Source: Oligoflexus sp. (GTDB lineage: Bacteria; Bdellovibrionota_B; Oligoflexia; Oligoflexales; Oligoflexaceae). From it: a stretch of DNA of 19,643 nt. The stretch lies in the NCBI GenBank assembly GCA_041736305.1, contig JBGSTX010000176.1, positions 1 through 19,643 of the forward strand. The letters are read 5' to 3'. Below, piece by piece: positions 8,939 through 18,400 of the stretch; the stretch's first letter is position 1, and each line of letters starts with the position of its first letter. The notes beneath the pieces were generated by a model. That model did no database searches, was not told where the DNA came from, and saw only the letters and a list, made by a program, of their open reading frames with translations. The position numbers were made by a program, and so were the translations under genes.

Positions 8939-11413
8939 ATGCCAGCGCAGACTATAGAGCTATCGATAAGGGGCCTACACACATATAACTCAGAGCTATC
9001 TGGCGTTCCGAAGGGGGCACTCAAACGAGGCCGGAATATCAGTATCAATCGACTGAATCTGGCGGAGCCCAGAAGAGGCTTCAATTTCCTCACGCATAAT
9101 CTTCCGAACAATTCGGATCGAGCCCAGCGCCTTATCGACTTTAAAGACTCCCTCTGGGCGCACACGGGAACAGAGCTTTTCTACTCGGACGGCTCGAGCT
9201 TTGTGTCTCGAGGCACGATCTCAGCGCCTTCTGGGCAGAAGCTTCGGCACGCTATCGGAAACCAGAATCTCTATCTTTCGACATCGAACGGGATCTATAA
9301 GACGGACGCAGTAAGTAGTTCCGTTACTCTAGCGGGCGTTCCCAAAGCTATTCATTTAACAGGCGCACTTACAGGCGCGTCAGGTTATCTTACTGACGCC
9401 GGGACTGTGGCTTATCGCTATCTCTTCGGACGATATGACCTAAACGGCAACCTCATCCTGGGCGGTGCATCCCAAAGAATCACGGTCTCAAATAATGTTG
9501 GCGGTGGTGCTACGCGAAATGTCCAGCTACGGCTCTATATCCCATCGGGCATTCTTGCTGGCGATTTCCTTCAGCTCTATCGAACGATCATCTTCGCGAC
9601 GGGCGTTCCCGACGAAGAGTATCAGCTCTCATATGAGCTTACTTTGACGTCCGGAGATATTAGCGCTGGCTACGTTGACATTACCGACATCGTCCAAGAT
9701 GATCTGCTCGGAGCATTTCTTTATGTCTCTACAAGCCAGGGAGGCATCGCAGAAAACAATGAGAATATGCCTTTTGGCAAATCGATTGAGATCTATAAAG
9801 AACATCTTTTTCTTGGGAACCTTCGTTACCGCCATAAGATCCTTGTCACGCTTCTTGCTACCGGGACGAATGGCCTTCAAAATAACGACACGATTACTTT
9901 TACTCGGGGCGTGACGACTGTCACCTACACGGCTAAGAGCTCCCCTACTCTCTCAACAGATTTTCAGCTCACAACAGGGGGGACTGCTTCGACAGATATC
10001 CGGGATACAGCGCTAGCTTTTGTCGCGAAGGTGAATCAGAACGCTTCAGATTTTCTCTATGCTTACTATATTTCGGGCTCGGATGATCTTCCCGGCAAGA
10101 TCCTGCTCGAGGCTAGGGATCTTTCATCGAGCTCTTTTACTGTCACTTCAACGCGTGCCAGTGCCTTTCAGCCGAGCCTTACCTCTCCCGCTGCGACACT
10201 CAATACAAGCTCCTCTAGCTCCTACAAAAATGGATTGGCATTCTCGAAGTATGGTCAATCGGAGCACTTCGCTCTGAAGAATCTTATTTTTATAGGCAGG
10301 GCCGACAAAGAACTATTGAACATCAAGGCCTTGCGGGACGCGCTTTTGGTATTCAAAGAAGACGGAACCTTCGTCCTCCGCGGCGATAATGAATTCAATT
10401 TTACTGTGCAGGAAGTCGATACAAATGCCGTGCTTCTTGGAGTCGATTGTTTGTGTGTCGGAAACAATACTGCCTACTGCTACCTGGAGACTGGCTTTGC
10501 AGCAGTGACCGACGCCGGTACAGAGACGATTTCGATACCGATCAAAGACGAGCTCCTCGCGATCCAGGGCCCTGCACTGGCGGAGATTGAAGCCTACTCG
10601 CACGCAGTGGCATACGATGCAGAGGGGAAAATTCTTTTCTGGGTGCCAGAGGCCGAAGGAGATACGACAGCGACGAAAGTCTACGTCTATGACTTTTATA
10701 ACGAGTCATTTGTCGATTGGCCTATCCGCTCTGATGCAGCTGTCATCTTTCAAAAGCGGCTCTACGCAGGGGTTTCAGATATCAATAAGATCCGAGTCGA
10801 ACGCAAGGCCTTGGACTTTTCAGACTATGTTGACTATGGCTCCTCTCTGACAATTTCTGATGTATCAAGTTATACGCTTACTCTTAACGACACGTCCGAC
10901 ATACTTCCTGGCGATGTCATCGCTCAGGATGATCTATACGGCTACGTTGAATCTGTGAATCCCGATCTTGATACGGTCACGCTCGATGTCGCTGAAGCTT
11001 GGGACACGGGGCTTCCGGTCGATCATCTAAAGGGTATTGATGTCGATGTCGCGTTTAATCCCGAGTTTGCGGGAAATCCTGGAGGCTATAAGAATTGGCT
11101 TGAGTGCCTTTTGATGTTCAAGCGTGGATTTATAAAAAACGCCACAATATCTTTTTATACTGACCTTTACTCTGGGCTCACTGAAGTACCGGTCGAACAA
11201 CCTGCAGGGACAGGAGCCTTCGGCGAATTTGACTTCGGCGATGCGACATTCGGAGGGGATCCAGCTCAAGCTCCAATCAGGCTTCTTGTGCCTCGAGACG
11301 CATCAAAATCAACACTGCTCTTTGTTAGCTTTAGTCAGCGCGTGGCTTTCTCCGACTTCCAGCTCAATGGCCTGAGCCTGATCTATGAGCCGATTTCTAC
11401 GAGGTTCATATGA
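8939..11413 (+). CDS. Tail nozzle (tail tubular protein B / P22 gp10-like), beta-propeller-rich
   Basis: 824 aa, beta-rich. N-terminal 'IRGLHTY..GAL..GRNISI..EPRRGF' and internal 'LAFSKYGQSEHF..IKALRDALLVFKEDGTFVLRG' are typical of nozzle proteins. Synteny agrees. Confidence 0.78.
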   Translation: MPAQTIELSIRGLHTYNSELSGVPKGALKRGRNISINRLNLAEPRRGFNFLTHNLPNNSDRAQRLIDFKDSLWAHTGTELFYSDGSSFVSRGTISAPSGQKLRHAIGNQNLYLSTSNGIYKTDAVSSSVTLAGVPKAIHLTGALTGASGYLTDAGTVAYRYLFGRYDLNGNLILGGASQRITVSNNVGGGATRNVQLRLYIPSGILAGDFLQLYRTIIFATGVPDEEYQLSYELTLTSGDISAGYVDITDIVQDDLLGAFLYVSTSQGGIAENNENMPFGKSIEIYKEHLFLGNLRYRHKILVTLLATGTNGLQNNDTITFTRGVTTVTYTAKSSPTLSTDFQLTTGGTASTDIRDTALAFVAKVNQNASDFLYAYYISGSDDLPGKILLEARDLSSSSFTVTSTRASAFQPSLTSPAATLNTSSSSSYKNGLAFSKYGQSEHFALKNLIFIGRADKELLNIKALRDALLVFKEDGTFVLRGDNEFNFTVQEVDTNAVLLGVDCLCVGNNTAYCYLETGFAAVTDAGTETISIPIKDELLAIQGPALAEIEAYSHAVAYDAEGKILFWVPEAEGDTTATKVYVYDFYNESFVDWPIRSDAAVIFQKRLYAGVSDINKIRVERKALDFSDYVDYGSSLTISDVSSYTLTLNDTSDILPGDVIAQDDLYGYVESVNPDLDTVTLDVAEAWDTGLPVDHLKGIDVDVAFNPEFAGNPGGYKNWLECLLMFKRGFIKNATISFYTDLYSGLTEVPVEQPAGTGAFGEFDFGDATFGGDPAQAPIRLLVPRDASKSTLLFVSFSQRVAFSDFQLNGLSLIYEPISTRFI

Positions 11414-11790
11414 AGCTTTCAAACGTAAAGATATTCCGGGAAGAGGATTTTCAGGATCAAATGCCTTGGATTAGGCGGCTATTGACGCCGATCAGCCAAT
11501 TTTTCACCGATGTGACTAATATGCTCAACGGCGGTCTGGTCACAGCCGACAATTTCAAGTGGCAGACTTTTGAGCGAAAGCTCCAGGCGGGCGTGACCAG
11601 CTTTAACTTTCGATGGCTTCGAAACGAGCCGCCAATCGGAGTGATTCTTTTGTATCTCAAAGAGATTGGCAGCAGCAGCGTTCCGGCGACAGGTATTTAC
11701 TGGGAGTATAGCGATGGCTCTGTGAGTGTAGAGCTCACGGGGCTTGATCCGGCGAAGGAATATCAAATTAGAGTGCAGGGGATAGTCTAG
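11410..11790 (+). CDS. Small tail-associated virion protein
   Basis: ATGA overlap with the nozzle stop suggests translational coupling. N-terminal helix followed by a beta domain. Confidence 0.65.
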   Translation: MKLSNVKIFREEDFQDQMPWIRRLLTPISQFFTDVTNMLNGGLVTADNFKWQTFERKLQAGVTSFNFRWLRNEPPIGVILLYLKEIGSSSVPATGIYWEYSDGSVSVELTGLDPAKEYQIRVQGIV

Positions 11791-11791
11791 T

Positions 11792-13009
11792 ATGCCATAC
11801 GCAAAGTATCTGACGGAAGAGGATCTGAGAAAAAAAAACCAAATTGATCCAAATGCCAATCCGGCTAGTGCGCAAACTCCTGGATACGTGGCTCCATCGG
11901 CTGGCGGCGGCGGCGGCGGGGCACCTTCTCCGACAGCGCCGCGGGGGGGAACCGGCTGGACGAACCTTCAGAAGTATCTTGATGCGAACCAAGGCAAGGG
12001 CCAGCAGTCGGCCGAAACGCTTTATAACGCGGGTGAGTCGAAGATCGCAGGAACTACGGCTCCTCTAAAGGCTGCTGTTGAGAAGGGAACAGTCAAACGT
12101 AACGAGGAGCTAGAAAAAACGCTCAAAAATGAAGCAGAGAATGTGGATAAGTCCAAATTCTCTGAATATGTGGGTTCGAGCTACACAGGCCCGAAAGCCG
12201 CGGACGAAGTGCAGGACTACAAGAGCATTCTAAATCAGTACAATTCAGCTAACCGTGATATCGAGCAGCTTTCGGATAGAGATAAACGAGCTGCTGTTTT
12301 CAAAAAGAATCTGAATGATCCGACTTATAGCTCAGGTATGGGAGCTCTCGATAACTTTCTTCTAAATACAGAAGGTGAAGGCTGGCTTAATGGCAAAGTA
12401 GCTGCACGAAAGACAGATCCGAAATTGTCGAGATCGCTTGACGATCAGTTCAGAGACTGGGCTGCCGATGGTAGCATTCGCTCTCAGCAAAACGTAATGT
12501 CAGCGCTGAAAACGGCTCGGGACACGAGGCAAGGCCTTTACGATCAGAATCAGCTCGAGTACGGCGCGCACCAAACAACGGGCAGAGCGAAAAAGCTCGG
12601 GGACGTGCTCAATACGTCCGATCGTTCTCGAATGGCAGCTCTCTCTGAAATGCTCGGCGAAGAGAATCTCTTCAAAGACGCTGATATCGATCCTCCTGAA
12701 AGATTCCCTGAGCCTACCGGCCCTTCGGGTGCTCCTCCTCCCCTGTCGGACATCTTAGGCGATAGACCTAGTATTGATGATCTTCACTTACCAGGGGCAG
12801 TCGGCGGAATGACAGGCACTCCAGGGCTCCCAAGGTCTCCCGACGATATCAATCCGATCGTGTCGGGTGCACCAAAAACCCCTCCCAGACTTCCACGTCC
12901 TTCGCTGCCTGATCTAGAAGGTCCTAAGATTCCATTCCCTGTGACGCCTACGGGGCCAGTCGATCCATATGAAGAGCTAATGCGTAAGTACGGCGGCCGC
13001 TACGTTTAA
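11792..13009 (+). CDS. Internal virion / ejection protein 1 (inferred)
   Basis: 405 aa, no Cys, helical core, Gly/Pro-rich N-terminus and long Pro-rich C-terminus. Position after the tail genes matches podovirus ejection genes. Confidence 0.6.
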   Translation: MPYAKYLTEEDLRKKNQIDPNANPASAQTPGYVAPSAGGGGGGAPSPTAPRGGTGWTNLQKYLDANQGKGQQSAETLYNAGESKIAGTTAPLKAAVEKGTVKRNEELEKTLKNEAENVDKSKFSEYVGSSYTGPKAADEVQDYKSILNQYNSANRDIEQLSDRDKRAAVFKKNLNDPTYSSGMGALDNFLLNTEGEGWLNGKVAARKTDPKLSRSLDDQFRDWAADGSIRSQQNVMSALKTARDTRQGLYDQNQLEYGAHQTTGRAKKLGDVLNTSDRSRMAALSEMLGEENLFKDADIDPPERFPEPTGPSGAPPPLSDILGDRPSIDDLHLPGAVGGMTGTPGLPRSPDDINPIVSGAPKTPPRLPRPSLPDLEGPKIPFPVTPTGPVDPYEELMRKYGGRYV

Positions 13010-13023
13010 AAAAGGGGGCTGAG

Positions 13024-14304
13024 ATGGGTTTTTGGGACGATCTAAAAAACGCGAATAAAAAATTTATTACTGCATCGCATGGGGGCGATGAGGATACGGC
13101 AAGGATATTCATCGATCCTCTTAATCTAGGAGTGTCGGATGCACTACTTGGAAAGAGAGGCGGCCCTCCTAGCTATGAGGATCATGACGCAAAACAAGAT
13201 GAGATTCTTGCAAAGCTAGAAGCCGGAATGCCTCTTGAATATGAGGAGGAGGCCTGGCTTGAAGACTACGCTCCTGATCTCCTGGGACAGGCTGAGGCTC
13301 TCGGGCCTTCCGCGGTGTCTAATATCAAAGAGGACGAAGATCTTAAGCGGATCAGAATGGAGGCCCTTTCAGCTCTCGAGGAGCAAGCGGAAACTGGTTT
13401 TTCTCCAGCCGACTTTGCTCAGCAAGTGCGAGAGCAAAAGGCTCTCAGGCAGCAAACGCGTGGCCAGCTGGGTGCAATCGAGCAGAATATGGCTTCTAGG
13501 GGGATCGGAGGATCTGGACTCGAGCTAATGGCGCAATTGGGTTCGGCCCAAGCCTCTGATTCAAGAGCCGCCGACATGGCCCTGGAACGAGAAGCACGGG
13601 GCTATGAAAACCGGATGCGGTCGAGGCAAGCGGCCGGGGGAATGGCTGGCGAGATGTCTCGGGATGACTATCAGCGGGAGCGTGACGCTGCAATGGCGAG
13701 AGACTCCATTGAGCGCTATAACGTGGAAAATAGGGCTAGACGTGAGGAATATAATAATCGCCTTGGAAATGAAGCGAAAGCGGGTAACTTGCAGGGCAGA
13801 CAAACCGTCGCTAGCAACAATAGTAGGGGCAGAAACAATTTCGGGCAGCAGCGATACGGGAACCAGGCCGCGGCAGCTCAAATAAGATATAACCAAAATT
13901 CTGAGAGGCAAAACCGAAGTATTCAGCAGTATGCTGACCAAGAAGACGCCTACAATCGAAAGCGCGAGGGCGTAGTGAATGGGGCTGGTAGCGTATTTGG
14001 TGCGATATTATCTGACGAGAGAGTAAAGACGGACATAGAAGAAATACCCGAACAAGAAATCGAAGCATTTCTTCAGAGCATCGTCCCTTCGAGCTTTAGT
14101 TATAAGGACGGCCGTAGCGAGGGGCAGCATGTCGGCGTTATGGCTCAAGACATAGAGCGCACGCCGATAGGAAAGACGATCGTCGATAAACGTGGGCCTG
14201 AAAGTATCCGATCAATGGATAAAGATGATCTGATAGGTGCACTGCTCGGCTCGGTTTCCTACCTTTACCGTAAGCAAAAAGAAAGGGATAGCTATGGATC
14301 CTAG
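13024..14304 (+). CDS. Internal virion / DNA-ejection protein 2 with C-terminal S74-like domain
   Basis: Ala/Gln/Arg-rich helical body with 'MASRGIGGSGLELMAQ' and hydrophobic 'GVVNGAGSVFGAIL', followed by 'SDERVKTDI...FSYK...GVMAQDIE' (14011-14304). Confidence 0.75.
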   Translation: MGFWDDLKNANKKFITASHGGDEDTARIFIDPLNLGVSDALLGKRGGPPSYEDHDAKQDEILAKLEAGMPLEYEEEAWLEDYAPDLLGQAEALGPSAVSNIKEDEDLKRIRMEALSALEEQAETGFSPADFAQQVREQKALRQQTRGQLGAIEQNMASRGIGGSGLELMAQLGSAQASDSRAADMALEREARGYENRMRSRQAAGGMAGEMSRDDYQRERDAAMARDSIERYNVENRARREEYNNRLGNEAKAGNLQGRQTVASNNSRGRNNFGQQRYGNQAAAAQIRYNQNSERQNRSIQQYADQEDAYNRKREGVVNGAGSVFGAILSDERVKTDIEEIPEQEIEAFLQSIVPSSFSYKDGRSEGQHVGVMAQDIERTPIGKTIVDKRGPESIRSMDKDDLIGALLGSVSYLYRKQKERDSYGS

Positions 14305-15424
14305 ACTCGAAGACGAGCTCATGAAGAAATACTATCCTGAAATGTATCGGGCTCGAACCGAAGGCCAAACAGAGATAGATGACGCAAGGAGCATGCAAAA
14401 ATATACGAATATGGCTCCAGGCATAGGCCAAGTGATCGGTTCAATAACAGCGCCGAAGTATAATTCGCTCCCCTTTGTTGGCGGCTGGGGCGATTCCATG
14501 GCTAAGAGTGCTCCTGCTCAAATCAGGCCTACGCAAATCGACTTTTCGGCAATTAAAAATGCTGGCGATGAGAGATTAAAAAGGGCCGAATCTGATCGTG
14601 ACAAGGGTATGGAAGAGGGATTGGCGGTCGATCAGCTGGGGCTGAAGGCGCAGGATATGCACGATGAGACTGATCCAGAGAATCCCAGGGCGATCATGAT
14701 GAGAGACTCGGTGAAAGCGGCGCTTCCCGAGCTTGCGGCTAAGATTCCTAATTACGAAAAAATGACTTTAAAGGATTTTAAAACGAGTTTCCCCGTTGCT
14801 TACAAGTCTTACATGGATTACGCGGAGCTTAGTTCGAAGAATACTACTGAGAGAAGGAAAGAAGCAAAGGAAGAGAAAAAATCTGGACACGATCGCTATA
14901 AAAGATCGGTCGATATCAGAAAAGAGCTTTCCAACAATCCCTCTTTTAAGAATGCGCGGGAAACGGACGGCCGTCTTTCGCAAGTCGACGAGCTCATGAA
15001 AAATCCGGGCGGTGTCTCGGACGAAGCAATCCTCGTTATGTATCAGAAGGCCCTAGATCCTGGATCAGTCGTTCGTGAGGGCGAATTTGCACGAACGGCC
15101 GAAGGCCAAGCTCTCCTGTCTCGTGTCGATACAATCATGCAGAGCTACATGAAGGGCAATCGGATGACTCCGGAGCTCAGAAATCAGGTAGTCGGCACGA
15201 TGCGGGCCTTGAGAGACGGTAACAGAGTGCAGTTACAAAAAATTCTTGTGCCGTACGAGAGAGAGATACGGGATTACCAGCTAGATCGAGGGATTATACT
15301 TGGCGAAGATGAAGAGGGCGGCGGAGGTAATGCAGGGCCCTCCCCTGCTGGCGCCGGAAGTAGGCCTTCAGGTAGCCCGCCGCCGAAAAAAGGCGGAAAG
15401 TTTGACGGAAGGACTCTGCCATGA
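14294..15424 (+). CDS. Internal virion / ejection protein 3
   Basis: ATG 14294 follows AAAGGGA and overlaps the upstream gene end by 11 nt. Helical, containing 'YQKALDPGSVVREGEFA', a motif I recognise from podovirus internal virion proteins. Confidence 0.7.
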   Translation: MDPRLEDELMKKYYPEMYRARTEGQTEIDDARSMQKYTNMAPGIGQVIGSITAPKYNSLPFVGGWGDSMAKSAPAQIRPTQIDFSAIKNAGDERLKRAESDRDKGMEEGLAVDQLGLKAQDMHDETDPENPRAIMMRDSVKAALPELAAKIPNYEKMTLKDFKTSFPVAYKSYMDYAELSSKNTTERRKEAKEEKKSGHDRYKRSVDIRKELSNNPSFKNARETDGRLSQVDELMKNPGGVSDEAILVMYQKALDPGSVVREGEFARTAEGQALLSRVDTIMQSYMKGNRMTPELRNQVVGTMRALRDGNRVQLQKILVPYEREIRDYQLDRGIILGEDEEGGGGNAGPSPAGAGSRPSGSPPPKKGGKFDGRTLP

Positions 15425-18400
15425 GAGTCACAAAAAACTTTCAAGATTTCTATGACATCGATGAAAGTGATGAGAGTGTCGAAGGAGCCTTTGCCAAGGG
15501 CTATAAGCCTGTCATCACTGTGACGAAAGATGGGGCGGAAACGTACGATCTTGATGCATCCGATACCGGCTCAGTGCGGGCTGCCTTCGACAAAGGTTAC
15601 TTCGAAGTCGATGCTCTCAAAAATCTTGATGAGTCTAGACAAGAGGCCCGTAGGCCTTCGAAAGCAAGAGTAGCGCTGCGCGGCGGCTTGCAGGGATCCT
15701 TCTTTGGTTTCCCTGATGAGCTTGCAGGCGGAACAGAAGCAGTCATGTCTCTAGCAGGGGATGAGCCTTTTAAGGAGGCCTACAAGCGGGGCCGAGACGA
15801 GTGGCGGGCCGAGGATAAGAGAGCGGAGGCAGAGAATCCTTTGCTCTACAAGGGGGCTGAATTTGTAGGCAGTGCAATAGTGCCTCTTGGGGCCGGAGCC
15901 GCGGCGAAAACTCTCGGTGGCGCTTTTTTGAAAGGAGCGGGAGCCGGAGCTCTCCAGGGGACGCTAGCCGGAGTCGGGACGAGTGAAGATGAAACGGCGT
16001 CAGGGCTTGCTAAGGATGCAGCGCTAGGCGGCGCACTTGGCGGGGTTCTCGGCGGGCCATTGGGTGTTACGGGAAGTGTCATAGGACGGGCTTTAACAAA
16101 GGGCGGAAGGGAAAGCCTCGAGGCCGAAGCCAGAGCTCTCCAAAGGGGGTTTTCGAAGCCTGTGGACGGGGCCGGGTATCTGGAGCCTTTGAAGCGAGTA
16201 CGAGAAGCCTTTAATGAAGCTGGGGCTACGGAAGAATTTCTCGGAGAGTTTAAAAATCTCATAGGTAAGTCAAAAAATAACTTAATAAGTCGAATGGTCG
16301 AAGAGGGAGGATCGAAGGATCAGATCGAGGGCGCTCGATCGATGCTTCGCAAGATGTCGGATGACGACTTTGTGAAGCGGATGCTCCTCGAGGACGGGCC
16401 GAACGAAGTTAAAGACTGGGTGACAAAAAACGCGTCCGCTACTGGAGGACGTTTCCAGCCTGAGCACTATGCTTCTGTTCTGAACGACTCTGCTTCCCAG
16501 CGATCTGAAGCTCGTCGATTCAGCGCTAGAGAGCGCGGGGCAGAGCTTTTAGATCCAGCAAAGAAGGCCGAAGACAGCTTTATGCCCGCCAACATGTCTA
16601 AAGTCAGGGAGCTTACCGAGAAGGGTGCTCCTGAGTTTGGGGGGGATTCCGAGGCCGTAGATCGTGCACTCTGGGCAATTCAAGGCGCCTATGAAGATAG
16701 CCAAAGCCTGAGTAGTATACCGTCCGGAGTAGGGAAGCGAATTCGTGACGTGCTCAATATCATAGAAAAGGGCAAGGGCCCGGCCCATATGAAGCTGAAG
16801 GAAGGCGACTATACGGGAACTATTCGCTCGAGTGATCGCTTTTTCCGGTTCCAGAAGGCAAGGGAACACCTTGACGAGGGGATCGACTGGGAAAAGATCA
16901 CCAAGGGCGTTCGGCCAATGACCAGCGGCGAAAAGGTGCTAGCGGGCCTTCGCGATGAGTTTGACACTCTTCTAAAAGAGGTACCTGGAAAGCGTGAAGC
17001 TGATGAAGTCTGGCAGGCAGCTGCGAGGATCGAAAAGAGCGTCTTCGATAAGAGCTCCTACGGGGGAGGCATTGATAAATATAAGCTGGCTCAGCTTCTT
17101 TCAAACAGCGATCAGTCGCAGCGTTTTTTCGACGATCTAAACAGCCTAAAGGCGTGGTCGGAGGATCCCCAGTTCGATTCGGCATCGCGGGAGTATGCAA
17201 AAAACTTTGTCGATGAATTTACAAAAGCTGTCGATGTAGCGCAAAGAAAGCGAAAGATTGACGCTTTTGATTACAAGCAGGGCCCGAGCTCGGCGGCGAT
17301 CGAGAGGCTTGGTAATCAGGTAAAAGACAGGGATACGATTCAGACATTCATCGAGGCACCGGCTACAGCTGTCCAAGGCATGGATAATTTTCTCGATAAA
17401 TATGTACCAATGGCTGCTGGAAAGTCCTTCAAAGAGCTCGGAGATAAGGAAAAGGGTGCGGTAGTCGATCTTTGGACGTGGTTCAATAAGAACGCGAAAG
17501 AAGGCAGAGGCATCACCGATGAATCGGTCATAAACAACTATAGAAAGTTTTTGGAAACACGCGGGGGCGGAGGCCCTGACGGCGGGCCTGGCGGAGGTGG
17601 AGGCTCAGGGGGCGGTGGAGGATCAAATTTTTCTGGCGCGGGAATGCCTCCCGCGATTGAGAAGGCGTTTCGAGGGTATCTGCAATCGAAAGGTGAGGGC
17701 TTTGTTGCAGAGCAAATGTCTCGAGCGATGGGAATGGAAAACGGGCTTGATGTGTTCGAGCCCTACAAAGAGGAATTCCGGGAGTATCTGAAAAAGAACC
17801 ACGGCTTTTCGGAGAATGAAGCAAAGATTGCAGCCGGGCTCTTGCCTAGTAATCCTCTTGAGATTCCTGGATTAAGAGGGATCCCCTCAAAGCGAGATAT
17901 GGGGGATGTCTATGACTTCAAGAAGGCAAAAAAGGCCCTTGAGGCTGGTGAGAAACCTAAAGCTTTAGGCAAGGTGGGAATCAGTAAGCTTGATGGCACT
18001 ACTGAGGACCTTGGGCTTCTGGACAAGATCAGAGCCAGGCTGGATGACGGTCCAGAGCACAAGGCAACACACAAATGGATCGATCAGGTCGAAAAGTATG
18101 GAGCAGATGAACCGTATGTCGGACGGGACTATTCAAGCGTAGCTGCTTTGCGTAGGATCAAAAAAAGTGATCCTATGCAGCCTATTCCTGTGCCTGTCGA
18201 GAAGATCGGCGATCTAAAAGGTGTGTTAGGCAAAGGCGTTTTGAAGGGCGAAAGTGATCCCTTTGGTTGGTTGGATACTAAATATGGGGTTTCAAAGGAT
18301 CTGCTCGCGCGCGAGAAAAATAACCCTCTTAAAATATTTACAAGGTCTGATCTAATCGCTCACGATGATTACATCGCCAATTTAAACCCTGAAAAGCATG

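Noticed and set aside
14237-14293. Longer N-terminus for ejection protein 3 given in the ORF track
   Set aside because: It would overlap the upstream gene by 68 nt. ATG 14294 has a purine-rich RBS and only a short overlap.
17563-17625. Synthetic (GGGGS)n linker suggesting an engineered construct
   Set aside because: The linker is irregular (includes PDGGP), similar Gly runs occur in neighbouring genes (about 11902-11921 and 15316-15329), and no tags or vector parts are present.
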